Shown piece by piece: positions 19,303 to 30,295 of a stretch of DNA of 64,000 nt (its first letter is position 1; each line of letters begins with the position of its first letter). Below the pieces are notes generated by a model. The model made no database searches and was not told the DNA's origin. It saw only the letters and a program-made list of their open reading frames with translations. The DNA is from Bacillota bacterium. Lineage in GTDB: Bacteria; Bacillota; Clostridia; Oscillospirales; Ruminococcaceae. Made by a program: the position numbers and the translations under genes. The stretch is from the NCBI GenBank assembly GCA_023440965.1, contig JAEZRC010000002.1, positions 70,302 to 134,301 on the forward strand, given 5' to 3'.

Positions 19303-19330
19303 AAGGTAGTCTTAAAAGACTCCTTTGTCT
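19303..19330 (-). terminator. intrinsic terminator of the symporter gene
   Basis: AGACAAAGG...CCTTTGTCT stem followed by a T-run on the minus strand. Confidence 0.75.
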
Positions 19331-19368
19331 GTGATTATTATAAATTATTAATGCATAAATGTCAATTA

Positions 19369-20775
19369 TTAATCTACAAATTTCGACATTATTTGGTTTT
19401 TGATTTTGTTAAGTTGTTTTCCGTTTTCATATATCTTGAGCATTTTAACAATTACACCACTTAAAGCAAGTAATGCAAGAAGGTTTGGTATAACCATAAG
19501 CCCATTAAAGCAGTCTGACAGCGACCATACAAAGTCAACCTTAAGTGTTGAGCCGATTGCAACAAATATAGCAACAGCTACTGAATAATATTTTACTGCC
19601 TTTTTCCCAAAAAGAAACTTTATGTTAGTTTCCCCGAAAAAGTACCAACCGATAATTGTTGAGAATGCAAAGAAAAGCAAGCATATTGCAATAAATATTG
19701 AACCGAACTTACCAAACACTGTTTCAAATCCGGCCTGTGTTAGTCCGATTCCAGCAAATGACCCGTCGTAGCCTTTGGGCAATACGCCAGTTATAATAAT
19801 AACAAGTGCAGTAAGCGTAAGCATAATGAATGTATCAACGAATACACCCATCATTGCTACTATTCCCTGATCACAAGGTTTATCAACCTTAGCAATTGCA
19901 TGTGCGTGTGGTGTTGAACCCATTCCGGCTTCATTTGAGAATAATCCTCTTGCAACACCGTATCTAATGGATTTCTGAATTGTAATTCCTATCACTCCGC
20001 CAGTAACAGCAGATGGTGCAAAAGCACCGACAAAAATCTGCCTGAATGCATCAGGTATTTTCGTTAGGTTTACAATAACTATAATCATAGCACCGAGAAT
20101 ATAAAAAATAGCCATAATGGGAACAATTTTTTCAGTAACAGAGGCAATTCTTTCTACGCCCCCAAGGAATATTATAAGTGCAAGTACTGAAACAGCTATG
20201 CCTATATATATCGGTTTTATACCGAATGCAATATTAAAAGCATCACCGATTGAATTAGACTGAACCATATTTCCCATAAATCCGAGAGCAATAACAATCA
20301 GAACAGAAAATATAATTGCGAGCACTTTCCCCAATATACCTTTAAAAGCGGCCTGTATATAATAAGCTGGACCACCAATAACCTGTCCATCAACTTTAGT
20401 CTTGTATTTTTGTGAAAGTGAAGCCTCAACAAAAATTGTTGCCATTCCAAAGAATGCGCTAACCCACATCCAGAATATTGCGCCAGGTCCACCAGCAATA
20501 AGTGCTGTTGCAGCACCTGCGAGATTCCCTGTACCGACCTGCGCAGCTATTGCAGTGGCAAGTGACTGCCATGATGACATGCCTTTTTCATCAGCACGTT
20601 CGCCACGAAATTTAATACTACCGAATGTATCTTTAAAACCTTGCCTGAACTTCCTGATCTGAACAAATTTTAGTTTTATTGTGAAGAAAATGCCCGTTCC
20701 ACAAAGTAGAAAAAGCAAAAGAAAATTCCACAGTAAGTTATTTACTGCTCCAACGCTTTTTTGTAACAGTTCCAT
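19369..20775 (-). CDS. alanine/glycine:sodium symporter (AGCS family)
   Basis: AGCS hallmarks (SWQSLATAIAAQVGTGNLAGAATAL, GLFSNEAGMGS). Start taken at MELLQK after GGGGG. The longer ORF start lacks an SD. Confidence 0.9.
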   Translation of the reverse strand: MELLQKSVGAVNNLLWNFLLLFLLCGTGIFFTIKLKFVQIRKFRQGFKDTFGSIKFRGERADEKGMSSWQSLATAIAAQVGTGNLAGAATALIAGGPGAIFWMWVSAFFGMATIFVEASLSQKYKTKVDGQVIGGPAYYIQAAFKGILGKVLAIIFSVLIVIALGFMGNMVQSNSIGDAFNIAFGIKPIYIGIAVSVLALIIFLGGVERIASVTEKIVPIMAIFYILGAMIIVIVNLTKIPDAFRQIFVGAFAPSAVTGGVIGITIQKSIRYGVARGLFSNEAGMGSTPHAHAIAKVDKPCDQGIVAMMGVFVDTFIMLTLTALVIIITGVLPKGYDGSFAGIGLTQAGFETVFGKFGSIFIAICLLFFAFSTIIGWYFFGETNIKFLFGKKAVKYYSVAVAIFVAIGSTLKVDFVWSLSDCFNGLMVIPNLLALLALSGVIVKMLKIYENGKQLNKIKNQIMSKFVD

Positions 20776-21111
20776 TACTACCCCCAAATATACTATACTA
20801 AAATAATATAGTATCATAATCAAGGCTATTTAAAGTTAACATATTTGAAAATAAAAGTTAAAATTTTAAATTGTTCTTTTCGTTAAAATGTATATATTTA
20901 GTAATATATATTGTTAATAAATATGAAATTTGACTATACATCTTGAAAAAGTCTAGCGAATTATGTATTATATTATTATAACTAAATCTTTTTATATTAT
21001 CTAGGTTGTGAGCATTTTTTTAGCTTGATGAAATATCACATTTCCTAAAATTTTGAAAGGGATTTATTGATGACAGAAATTGATTCACCTTAATTTTAAA
21101 AAATAGTTTTA

Positions 21112-21180
21112 CGATGAAGGCAACAATTAAGTTACCCAAATTTATAAAAAGGGAGTTTTTCGATGAAGACAACAATTAAG
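21112..21180 (+). repeat. 20-nt direct repeat duplicating the chemoreceptor start region
   Basis: CGATGAAGGCAACAATTAAG (21112-21131) versus CGATGAAGACAACAATTAAG (21161-21180, the real start). One mismatch. Confidence 0.8.
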
Positions 21181-23106
21181 GCGAGGATTTTAAGATTGGT
21201 TCTAATAAGTTTGTTTATTGCAAGTGCATTCATTGCAACAATAGGATGTGTCGTAGGATCTATTGGAATTATTGATGCAACTAATGAGAAGCTTGAACTT
21301 GAAGTAGAAAAAATTGAAATTGAATTTGATAAAATTCAAACTAAAGCCAGTTCAACTATTTCGAAGTTATCAGATGATACCAGTATTCAGAATTTACTGA
21401 ATACAAAAAGTCAGGATGGCGTAAGTGGTACTGTAGATGCATTTATAAATCAATACGGAGCATCTTATGTTATGATTATTGATAACAACGATAATATACT
21501 GTATACAACAGACAGCAGTATCGATATTAAATCAGAGAAATCAGGTGTTCGTGATAAAATTAAATCAGGTAATTATGTCGGCGATTATGGAAGTAACAAT
21601 AAATATGAGTTTGTTTATGAAAGTGCAATGCCAGTAAGAATTGACGGCAAGGCTTATGGATATGTACTTATTGCTTATGATTTAACAGACGAAAAAATAG
21701 TAGATACTATTAAGGGCGATACTGATAATCATGTTACGATTTTTAAGGATAATGTAAGAGTTAATACAACAATTAAAAAAGATGGCAAGAGGATTGTCAA
21801 TACAAAAATGGATCCTAAGGTTGAACAGAAGGTACTAAAAGAAGGAAAGAACTTTATTAAAAAGATTGAAATAAGTGGTAAAGGATATTACACAATATAT
21901 AAGCCAATAAAAGATTCTGACGATAATATTATTGGTTCAGCCTTTGCTGGCGAGAGCAGCAGTGGAGTTGTCAGATTCATATTTACAATTGTCTTGTTTA
22001 GTTTTGGTGGTGCTATTCTGCTTATTACAGTCAATGTAGTGGTAGCCGTAAAAGTATCTCGTGCAATATCTGGTTCAATTAACAATACTGTTGATAGACT
22101 AACAAAACTATCAGAAGGTGACATTACATCTCCTTGTCAGGCAAATACAAGAGGTGATGAAACACAGGTTCTTGGTGATGTTTTGAATAATACAGTACAA
22201 AAGCTAAATCTTTATATTTCAGATATTGACGGTTTCGTTGATAATATTGAAAGAGGAAACCTTTCATATACTTCGAATGTTGAGTATGCTGGTGATTTTA
22301 AAAAGATAGAAAAAGCATTAAATAAATTAAGTGCTTCACTTAGAGAAGTATTCGGCAATATTAATGAAGCTGTTTCACAGATAAGGGCTGGTGCAAATCA
22401 GTTTGCTGAAGGTTCAACAAGTCTTGCAAAGAACGCATCTATTGAAGCTGGAACAGTTGTTGAATTATCTGCTTCTGTTCTGACAGTATCTGAAAAGACA
22501 CGTTCAAATGCTGAAAGTGCATTAAAAGCTAAAGAACTTTCAGATGAAACATATGTAAGAGTAAATGAAAGCAATTCAAGCATGAGTGAAATGCTTGTTG
22601 CTATGGATGCTATTAACGAAAGTGCAACTGAAATTGCTAAGTTCATTAAGGTTATTGAAGATATTGCATTCCAGACTAATATTCTTTCACTTAATGCAAG
22701 TGTTGAGGCAGCAAGAGCAGGTACAGCAGGTAAAGGCTTCGCTGTTGTTGCAGATGAAGTAAGAACACTTGCAGCAAAATGTGCTGATGCAGCTAAGAAT
22801 TCAACAATAATGATAGACCACGCATTAAGCGATGTAAAGAATGGTTCAGTTACTGCTAATAAAAACGCTGATAACCTCAAGCAGGTTGTACAAATGATTT
22901 CTGAAGTAAATAACCTTGTTCAGGAGGTTGCAGATGCTTCAAATCATCAATCTGCAGCTCTGACACAGATTAACGAGGGCTTTGAGCAGATTTCAGTATC
23001 TGTTCAGACTAACTCAGCAACAGCTGAAGAAAGTGCAGCTTCAAGTGAAGAGCTTTCAGGTCAGGCAAATATGCTTGAAGAAATGGTTAAGAAATATAAT
23101 ATCTAA
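21163..23106 (+). CDS. methyl-accepting chemotaxis protein with Cache-type sensor and HAMP domain
   Basis: 647 aa. TM, extracytoplasmic Cache-like domain, TM, HAMP. Conserved signalling hairpin ([20 protein letters not shown]). Confidence 0.9.
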   Translation: MKTTIKARILRLVLISLFIASAFIATIGCVVGSIGIIDATNEKLELEVEKIEIEFDKIQTKASSTISKLSDDTSIQNLLNTKSQDGVSGTVDAFINQYGASYVMIIDNNDNILYTTDSSIDIKSEKSGVRDKIKSGNYVGDYGSNNKYEFVYESAMPVRIDGKAYGYVLIAYDLTDEKIVDTIKGDTDNHVTIFKDNVRVNTTIKKDGKRIVNTKMDPKVEQKVLKEGKNFIKKIEISGKGYYTIYKPIKDSDDNIIGSAFAGESSSGVVRFIFTIVLFSFGGAILLITVNVVVAVKVSRAISGSINNTVDRLTKLSEGDITSPCQANTRGDETQVLGDVLNNTVQKLNLYISDIDGFVDNIERGNLSYTSNVEYAGDFKKIEKALNKLSASLREVFGNINEAVSQIRAGANQFAEGSTSLAKNASIEAGTVVELSASVLTVSEKTRSNAESALKAKELSDETYVRVNESNSSMSEMLVAMDAINESATEIAKFIKVIEDIAFQTNILSLNASVEAARAGTAGKGFAVVADEVRTLAAKCADAAKNSTIMIDHALSDVKNGSVTANKNADNLKQVVQMISEVNNLVQEVADASNHQSAALTQINEGFEQISVSVQTNSATAEESAASSEELSGQANMLEEMVKKYNI

Positions 23107-23116
23107 ATAAAAGTCT

Positions 23117-23150
23117 AAAACGGGTAATCTTCTTGAAGATTACCCGTTTT
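23117..23150 (+). terminator. intrinsic terminator
   Basis: AAAACGGGTAATCTTC..GAAGATTACCCGTTTT. Confidence 0.85.
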
Positions 23151-23263
23151 ATTATTAATTTTCGACAGAAAATGCGAATATTACAAAATGGTAATAATAT
23201 TTGAAATTAGTAATAATATGTGATATAATCTTCTCATTAAGGCTTAAAGAAGGACTAATACAT

Positions 23264-23980
23264 ATGAATAAGAAAATGAAAATAAGATTTTTTGTTTCTG
23301 CTGTAGCAATAGTTTTAGCATGCTTATTATTAACCAGAATATTTGATAATAAATTCACTTCTATAAAAATTTCTGATTTAGATTTAGATGGTTATGATAA
23401 CCTGATGATAGTAGCTCACCCTGATGATGAAACTATTTTTGGCGGTGGGCATCTGCTAAAGGATAAATATCTTGTAGTCTGTGTAACAGCAGGGAATGAT
23501 GTAATCAGATCCCGTGAACTATTAAAAGCAATGAAGGCAACAGATGATAAGTGCCTTATGCTCGGTTTCCCTGATAAAACAATGGGTAAACGTGATAAGT
23601 GGACAAACTGCAAATCTGAAATAAAAGCAGAATTAACAAAAATTATTAATTATAAACAGTGGAAAACAATTGTTACCCACAGTCCTCAAGGTGAATATGG
23701 ACATATTCATCATAAGATGACAAATAAAATTGTTACTCAGATTTTCAATGAAGTCTGTGATGATGACCAGACATTATATTACTTTGCACATTATTATACT
23801 AAGGAAGAAATTCCTGCTGTTGAAAAAGAACTTGTTGCATTAGACAAGAAAACATATGATGAGAAATACGAGTATATGCACAAAGTATATAAAAGTCAGT
23901 TCCATGTTTTAGATAAGCTTGATCATATCATGAAATATGAAGAATGGCAAAAATACTCAAAGGATGAAGTGACCACATGA
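23264..23980 (+). CDS. PIG-L/LmbE family N-acetylglucosaminyl deacetylase, N-terminally membrane anchored
   Basis: MIVAHPDDETIFGG motif and a downstream HxxH. N-terminus MNKKMKIRFF plus a hydrophobic helix. The stop overlaps the next gene's start (ATGA). Confidence 0.85.
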   Translation: MNKKMKIRFFVSAVAIVLACLLLTRIFDNKFTSIKISDLDLDGYDNLMIVAHPDDETIFGGGHLLKDKYLVVCVTAGNDVIRSRELLKAMKATDDKCLMLGFPDKTMGKRDKWTNCKSEIKAELTKIINYKQWKTIVTHSPQGEYGHIHHKMTNKIVTQIFNEVCDDDQTLYYFAHYYTKEEIPAVEKELVALDKKTYDEKYEYMHKVYKSQFHVLDKLDHIMKYEEWQKYSKDEVTT

Positions 23981-26532
23981 CGAAAATGAAACGACAGGAT
24001 TACATTGCTGTTATAATACTAAGCGGACTATTTTTAGCCTTCACTTTTTATCTTACAGGAGCCAAATATGAATATGGTTCTATGGTTGACTGGGAAAATC
24101 AGCATGTTATGATTGCTGAATATCTCAGGAATATGTTTTATTCAAACTTTGACTTATCACCTGATTTTGCTATGAATATCGGTGGTGGGCAGAATATATA
24201 TAATATATCTTACTATGGATTGTTTAACCCATATATTATGCTTTCATATCTGTTCCCTTTTGTGGAAATGATTGATTATATAAAAATATGTAGCAGAGTA
24301 ATTGTAATATTAAGTATCTTTCTAATGTATTTGTGGCTGAAGAGAAATAATTATTCATCAAAGATATGCTTTTTCATTACCTTAATTTTTACAACAGCAA
24401 CGCCGATAATATTCCATAGTCACAGACATATCATGTTTATTAATTATTTTCCTTTCCTGATTCTTGGGCTTATCGGAGTTGACTTATGGCTTGAAAAGAA
24501 AAAATCATGGCTTATATCTTTAAGTGTATTATTGATAATTCTATCAAGTTATTTTTTCAGTATTTGCTGTATATTAGTGCTGTGTGTATATGCGATTTAC
24601 AGGTATCTGAGCAAAACAGAAAAGGTACATTTAAAAGAATTAATAGCTTTTGCATTAAAGCTTGTTTTACCTATTCTGACCGGAATCCTGATGTCTTGCA
24701 TTCTTATTGTGCCGACGTTTTTTGCTATTATGAACGGACGAAGCGGAACAGGAAAGCTGCCGGGGCTGTCATTACTTATTCCTAATTTCCTGATTTATAA
24801 TTTTTCTTATAATCCATATTCTCTTGGTGTCGTAGCTTTTGTGCTTTTTGCTGTTATTGCACAGTTGATGTCAAAAAAGAAGCATAATAGGTTCTTATCA
24901 ATAGTAATATTATGCATATGGGCTCTTCCTTTTGTTATGTACATTTTAAATGGAACATTATATATTAATGAGAAAATTCTCATTCCATTTCTTCCTATTG
25001 TTTGTATAAACACCGCAGAATTTACAATAGATTTTTTTAAAAAGAAAAAAGTCAGTATCATAGCCTCAATAATATTTATTTTGATTATAATTATTAATAT
25101 TTTATTTTACAAGTCATGTTACACATTCTACGGCAAATTATTTTATTTTAAGGTATTTATAATTGACACATTGCTAATGTTTGCCGGTATGTTGACTTTT
25201 GTTAAATTCAATAAGAAGATTTTGCTAATTGCTCCAGTATGTTTTATGTGCCTTATGTGCTCGGTTATAGTTAATAAATACGATAAATTTGTTCCGGTTA
25301 AAGATTATAAAACAGCATTTTCTAATGTTCCTAAGCAGCTTGTTTATAAGGCTACAAATATAGATAAGGGATTTTATCGTTTTTCAAATGAATACAGCCC
25401 TCATGAGACTGTGAATAAAATATATGCGATGAATTATTATGTTCCTACACTATATTCATCTATTAATAACAGGAAATTCAACGATTTTTATTTCAATAAA
25501 GTGAATAACGAAATGTCATACAGGAATTCTATTTTGATGCACGCATCTAAAAATGTCCTATTTAATATTTTAATGGGGCAGAAATATATTATCACAGATA
25601 GAAATCCACAGATTGGATATGAATTTCAGGATCAAAAAGGCAAGATTTCACTATATAAAAATGATAACGTTCTGCCAATTGGTTTTTCAACAAGTAAACT
25701 AATCAATAAAAAGAAGTATGATGAATTGAAATATCCGTATTCAATGGATGTATTACTTAACAGTATTGTTGTTGATGAGAATATAAATACTGCACCACAG
25801 AGCAATATTGAGAAGGTTACAATACCTATTGTTTCAAAAGAATATTCTAATATTAATCTTTCTGAGAAAAATGGAAAGTATGAAATTATTGCAGACAACA
25901 ATGCAAATCTTAATTTAAAGCTTAAAGAACCTATCAAAAATAAGATACTTATAATAAGCTTTAATATGGACTTTCAGCAATCAGGGAAGAGTGATACTTA
26001 TATTATAATTAATGGAGTGAAAAATAAGTTATCTGCAAAGGGTTGCCCATATCCAAACAAAAATTTTGTATTCGACTTTGTAATTTCTTCAAACAAGGAT
26101 ATTGATAATCTGGATATATTCTTTAATAAAGGAAAGTATGTTATCAGTGGGATTGAAACATACACACTTGATTATGATAATATAAAGAATATAGCAAAAA
26201 GCGTTGATAAGCTTAATGTTGATACAAGGGAAGTCAAAGGTAATAGGATTGATGGCGATATAAATGTCAAAAAGGATGGATATTTTGTTCTGACAATTCC
26301 TTATGACAAAGGCTTTAATATTTCGGTTGATGGTAAGAAAGTTCCATACGAAAAAGTCAACGAAACTTTTATCGGATTTCCGATTAAACAAGGTTATCAT
26401 AAAATTAGTATAAGATATAAAGCTCCAATGAAATCAACGGGTGTTGCACTTAGTGCTGTTGGAGTAATAATGTTCGTTGCTATAATCATTTATGATAAAA
26501 AGCGAATAAGCAGAAAATTTCCGCAAACCTAA
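23977..26532 (+). CDS. YfhO family membrane protein (GT-C-like glycosyl transfer to cell-envelope polymers)
   Basis: 851 aa. About 12 or more TM helices, a large C-terminal extracytoplasmic domain, and a final TM helix. N-terminal region (DWENQH...GGGQNIYNISYYGLFNPY) is typical of YfhO proteins. Confidence 0.8.
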   Translation: MTKMKRQDYIAVIILSGLFLAFTFYLTGAKYEYGSMVDWENQHVMIAEYLRNMFYSNFDLSPDFAMNIGGGQNIYNISYYGLFNPYIMLSYLFPFVEMIDYIKICSRVIVILSIFLMYLWLKRNNYSSKICFFITLIFTTATPIIFHSHRHIMFINYFPFLILGLIGVDLWLEKKKSWLISLSVLLIILSSYFFSICCILVLCVYAIYRYLSKTEKVHLKELIAFALKLVLPILTGILMSCILIVPTFFAIMNGRSGTGKLPGLSLLIPNFLIYNFSYNPYSLGVVAFVLFAVIAQLMSKKKHNRFLSIVILCIWALPFVMYILNGTLYINEKILIPFLPIVCINTAEFTIDFFKKKKVSIIASIIFILIIIINILFYKSCYTFYGKLFYFKVFIIDTLLMFAGMLTFVKFNKKILLIAPVCFMCLMCSVIVNKYDKFVPVKDYKTAFSNVPKQLVYKATNIDKGFYRFSNEYSPHETVNKIYAMNYYVPTLYSSINNRKFNDFYFNKVNNEMSYRNSILMHASKNVLFNILMGQKYIITDRNPQIGYEFQDQKGKISLYKNDNVLPIGFSTSKLINKKKYDELKYPYSMDVLLNSIVVDENINTAPQSNIEKVTIPIVSKEYSNINLSEKNGKYEIIADNNANLNLKLKEPIKNKILIISFNMDFQQSGKSDTYIIINGVKNKLSAKGCPYPNKNFVFDFVISSNKDIDNLDIFFNKGKYVISGIETYTLDYDNIKNIAKSVDKLNVDTREVKGNRIDGDINVKKDGYFVLTIPYDKGFNISVDGKKVPYEKVNETFIGFPIKQGYHKISIRYKAPMKSTGVALSAVGVIMFVAIIIYDKKRISRKFPQT

Positions 26533-26649
26533 TAGAATCGGCACTGGCTTATTAGTCGAGTGCCTTTTTCTTTGAAAACAATTGCATTATCATGACTTAA
26601 TGATATAATAAAATCAAATCAATAAATAATCATATATGGGGGTATCATA

Positions 26650-27684
26650 ATGCAAGAAAAACAAACACTTGGAGCATTCATAGCAAAAAAAAGAAAAGAA
26701 GCAAACATGACACAAAGAGATTTAGCTGAACGATTATTTGTAACCGAATCAGCAGTTTCAAAGTGGGAGAGGGGAATTTCCTATCCTGACATTTCACTTG
26801 TATCCGCAATCTGTGATGCCTTAGAATTAAATGAACATGAATTGATTACAGCAAGTGAAGATACAAATCAAAGAAAAATAGAACTAGACGCAAAAAAATT
26901 CAACAATATGAAAAAAGCATATCAATGGACTTTCAATATATCATACGGAGCAGCGTTGTTGACTTGTTTAATCTGTAATTTAGCAATTAATCACACTTTA
27001 TCCTGGTTCTTTTTAGTATTCACATCAATTGCAGTTGCTTTTTCTTTAACATCACTTCCAAGTTTGCTTAAGAAGAACAAAGGTATTACAACTCTTTGGG
27101 CATTTACAGGGTCACTAATTTTATTGTTTTTGACGTGTTGTCTTTATACTGGTGGCGATTGGTTCTGGATAGCAACAATACCGACGCTTTTTGGATTGTC
27201 ACTTATCTTTCTTCCATTTGGATTGCGTGGAATGATTCTCCCAAGTTGTCTTTCAAATCAAAAAACACTTATGTATTTTATAATAAACACGGTTTTCCTG
27301 TTTGTAACAATACTTGTGTCAATGATATATGCAGGAAACTTTGAAAAAGACTTTTCAATAGCATTGCAGATAACAGCAATTTCACTTATACCAGCTTGGG
27401 CTATGATGATAGTGATAAGATATATGAAAATTAATGGTTTGTATAAAGCATCGATATGCGTGTTCGTTTCTGCAATTTATACTTTTATATGTAACAGCTT
27501 CCGGGATGTAATTATAGATAACAAACCATTTCAATTACAAAAAGTCAACTTATCAAACTGGTCTGATACATATGTTTCTGGCAATACAAATTTTATTGTT
27601 GTATTATCATTAATAGTGATAGCAATAGTACTTGCCGTTGGTGGAACAATCTCTGAAGTTACAACTCAAAATAAAAAAGCATAA
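26650..27684 (+). CDS. XRE-family HTH regulator fused to a multi-pass membrane domain
   Basis: N-terminal HTH_3 (MTQRDLAERLFVTESAVSKWERG) followed by about 8 hydrophobic helices. Confidence 0.8.
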   Translation: MQEKQTLGAFIAKKRKEANMTQRDLAERLFVTESAVSKWERGISYPDISLVSAICDALELNEHELITASEDTNQRKIELDAKKFNNMKKAYQWTFNISYGAALLTCLICNLAINHTLSWFFLVFTSIAVAFSLTSLPSLLKKNKGITTLWAFTGSLILLFLTCCLYTGGDWFWIATIPTLFGLSLIFLPFGLRGMILPSCLSNQKTLMYFIINTVFLFVTILVSMIYAGNFEKDFSIALQITAISLIPAWAMMIVIRYMKINGLYKASICVFVSAIYTFICNSFRDVIIDNKPFQLQKVNLSNWSDTYVSGNTNFIVVLSLIVIAIVLAVGGTISEVTTQNKKA

Positions 27685-27685
27685 T

Positions 27686-27720
27686 AAAAACGGGCAGGAA
27701 TTTTCCTGCCCGTAGTTTTT
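27686..27720. terminator. bidirectional intrinsic terminator
   Basis: A5-CGGGCAGGAA-tt-TTCCTGCCCG-tag-T5. Confidence 0.85.
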
Positions 27721-27722
27721 GA

Positions 27723-27935
27723 TTAATAGCTTTCGATTGAAACAACCTGATAGCCTAAATCTTCAATTTCATTTTTAATGTAGTCATCTTTAATGTTTCC
27801 ACATTCAATTATTGCTCGTCCTTCATCAAGATTAACATCAACAGAGGTTACACCATCAATTACAGCTAAAGCCTCTTTAACGTGTCGGACACAGTTGTGA
27901 CAGCTCATTCCTTCAATTCGGATTTCCTTTTTCAT
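27723..27935 (-). CDS. copZ: copper chaperone CopZ (HMA domain)
   Basis: 70 aa. GMSCHNC metal-binding motif. Immediately downstream of copA. Confidence 0.85.
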   Translation of the reverse strand: MKKEIRIEGMSCHNCVRHVKEALAVIDGVTSVDVNLDEGRAIIECGNIKDDYIKNEIEDLGYQVVSIESY

Positions 27936-27950
27936 ATTATCATCCTTTCA

Positions 27951-30173
27951 TTATTTATCTGGTGAAAATGTTTTAAGTCTTAACGCATTTGTAACAACAG
28001 AAACTGAGCTTAAACTCATTGCTGCTCCTGCAATCATTGGATTCATTAGCGGCCCGCCAAAAAGATATAATATTCCCATTGCAATTGGTATTCCGATAGT
28101 ATTATAACCAAAAGCCCAGAAGAGATTTTCTTTTATGTTTTTAATCGTACTCTTGCTTAGCTTAATCGCCGCAGGAACGTCCATCAGATCGTTTTTCATA
28201 AGAACTATATCAGCAGATTCAATAGCAACATCAGTACCCGAGCCGATTGCTATACCGACATCAGCCTGTGCAAGTGCAGGGGAATCGTTTATTCCGTCAC
28301 CTACCATTGCAACAATATTTCCGTCTGACTGTATCCGTTTGACTTTTTCCGACTTTTCGTGCGGTAATACTTCAGCAAGAACAACGTCAATACCGACTTC
28401 TTTAGCAATAGCATTAGCAGTATTTTGATTGTCACCAGTTATCATTGCTGTTTTAATGCCCATACTGTGGAGCTTTTTGATAGCTTTCGCACTGTTTTCT
28501 TTAACAGTATCAGCCACAGCAATAAGTCCGCAAAGCTTATTATCAATGCAAACATACATCGGAGTTTTACCTTGATTTGAAAGGTTTTCAGCAGTGTTGT
28601 TGAGAGACTCAGTACTAATATAATTATTCTTCATCAAAAGATTATTACCAAACAAAACTATCTTTCCATCCGCTGAAAATTTTATGCCCTGACCAGTTAT
28701 TGATTCAAAATTGCTTACTTCAAAAAATTCAGAATCATTTTCCTGCGCTTTGTTTATAATAGCCTCACCGAGAGGATGCTCGGAGGCTTTTTCGCCTGAC
28801 GCAACTATTTTTATTAGATAGCATTCATCATAGTCTTCGTTTGTGATTATATCAGTAACCTTCGGTTTGCCCTCGGTAATTGTTCCTGTCTTGTCAAAAA
28901 CTACTGTGTTAATTTTATGTGCTGTTTCAAGTGCTTCACCATTTTTAATGAGAATTCCGTGTTCCGCTCCTTTTCCCGTTCCAACCATAATAGCTGTCGG
29001 AGTAGCAAGCCCCAATGCACATGGGCAGGCAATTACAAGGACTGATATAAATATAGTAAGTGCAAATATAGCGCTTTGTCCACTTATAAGCCAAGCAAGT
29101 GAAGATATAACAGCAAGTGTCATTACCACAGGAACAAATACTCCTGAAATTTTATCTGCAAGCTTTGCAATAGGTGCTTTTGAACCCTGTGCCTCTTCAA
29201 CAAGTCTTATTATTTGTGCAAGGGTAGTATCGTCGCCGACTTTTGTCGCCTTGTATTTAACATATCCATTTTTATTAATGCTTGCTCCGATTATACTGTC
29301 GCCAGTTTTTTTCTCAACAGGAATACTTTCTCCCGTTAGCATTGATTCATCCACAGAAGTCGTTCCCTCAATTATTATTCCGTCTACAGGGATTTTTTCT
29401 CCTGGTTTTACAATAACTATATCGCCGACGTTTACTTTATCAATATCAACAGTGATTTCATTTCCGTCCTTGATAATTAATGCAACATTTGGGCGAAGTC
29501 CAATAAGCTTTTTTATTGCTTCACTTGTTTTTCCTTTTGAAATGTTTTCAAGGAATTTCCCAAGAGTAATTAATGTTATAATTGTTGCTGCTGATTCAAA
29601 ATATAATTCGTGTACATAATGGTTATGCCCACTAATAATTTTTAAAACTGCATATAAGCCGTATAAAATGGCCGAACCTGTTCCTATCGCTATAAGTGAA
29701 TCCATATTAGGACTACCCTTAAAAAGCGACCTAAACCCTATCGTGTAGAATTTATACCCGAGTATAACTACTGGTAGTGTGAGTAATAATTGTATAAGGG
29801 CATAAACCAGAGGATTATGAGAAGGTGAGATAACCTTTGGTAAAGGTAGCCCTATCATATGTCCCATTGAAATATATAAAAGCGGTATTGTGAAAATAGC
29901 AGAAAAAATAAACCTTTTTTTTAGATTACCTGAGGTATCTTCCTTTTCAATAGGCTTTGTTTTATCTGGTACACTTGCACCATACCCTGCTTTTGAAACA
30001 GTATTGATTATGTCGTGTATGGAAGTTATCTTTTCATCATATATGACCGTCAGCTTTTCTGTGGCAAGGTTAACACTTGCTTGAGATACTCCGTCAAGCT
30101 TTCCTGTAACCCTTTCTACTGCCCTTGAGCATGCCGCACAGGTCATTCCACTTATATTAAAAATAGTTTTCAT
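27951..30173 (-). CDS. copA: copper-translocating P1B-type ATPase CopA
   Basis: N-terminal HMA (GMTCAAC). CPC in TM6. [15 protein letters not shown] motif. Start at MKTIFN with AAAGGAG SD. Confidence 0.95.
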   Translation of the reverse strand: MKTIFNISGMTCAACSRAVERVTGKLDGVSQASVNLATEKLTVIYDEKITSIHDIINTVSKAGYGASVPDKTKPIEKEDTSGNLKKRFIFSAIFTIPLLYISMGHMIGLPLPKVISPSHNPLVYALIQLLLTLPVVILGYKFYTIGFRSLFKGSPNMDSLIAIGTGSAILYGLYAVLKIISGHNHYVHELYFESAATIITLITLGKFLENISKGKTSEAIKKLIGLRPNVALIIKDGNEITVDIDKVNVGDIVIVKPGEKIPVDGIIIEGTTSVDESMLTGESIPVEKKTGDSIIGASINKNGYVKYKATKVGDDTTLAQIIRLVEEAQGSKAPIAKLADKISGVFVPVVMTLAVISSLAWLISGQSAIFALTIFISVLVIACPCALGLATPTAIMVGTGKGAEHGILIKNGEALETAHKINTVVFDKTGTITEGKPKVTDIITNEDYDECYLIKIVASGEKASEHPLGEAIINKAQENDSEFFEVSNFESITGQGIKFSADGKIVLFGNNLLMKNNYISTESLNNTAENLSNQGKTPMYVCIDNKLCGLIAVADTVKENSAKAIKKLHSMGIKTAMITGDNQNTANAIAKEVGIDVVLAEVLPHEKSEKVKRIQSDGNIVAMVGDGINDSPALAQADVGIAIGSGTDVAIESADIVLMKNDLMDVPAAIKLSKSTIKNIKENLFWAFGYNTIGIPIAMGILYLFGGPLMNPMIAGAAMSLSSVSVVTNALRLKTFSPDK

Positions 30174-30295
30174 AGCTACTCCTTTCACTTGATAAAAAAA
30201 TATGTCTATGTTATTATTATAATAGTTAATATAAAAAATAAAAGTACGCACTTTATTGGTATATACTATATAAAAAGTAACTATGGGGTAATTTT

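Noticed and set aside
20776-21162. Looked for a glycine (or other) riboswitch in the 5-prime region of the alanine/glycine:sodium symporter
   Set aside because: The region is extremely AT-rich and lacks the conserved GGAGAG...CACCG-type cores. No convincing structured element was seen.
22398-22880. 160-aa minus-strand ORF inside the chemoreceptor signalling domain
   Set aside because: It is antisense to the highly conserved MCP hairpin. The Ala/Ser-rich translation is the usual shadow ORF.
28843-29619. 258-aa ORF on the plus strand inside copA
   Set aside because: It is antisense to a strongly conserved P-type ATPase region, with no SD and low-complexity Ser/Pro/Ile-rich translation. This is a typical mirror-frame artefact.
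30281-30290. GGGGTA upstream of the HxlR gene as half of a CsoR-type operator (TACCC...GGGTA)
   Set aside because: No complementary TACCC half-site is present. The sequence is more simply the SD region of the HxlR gene.
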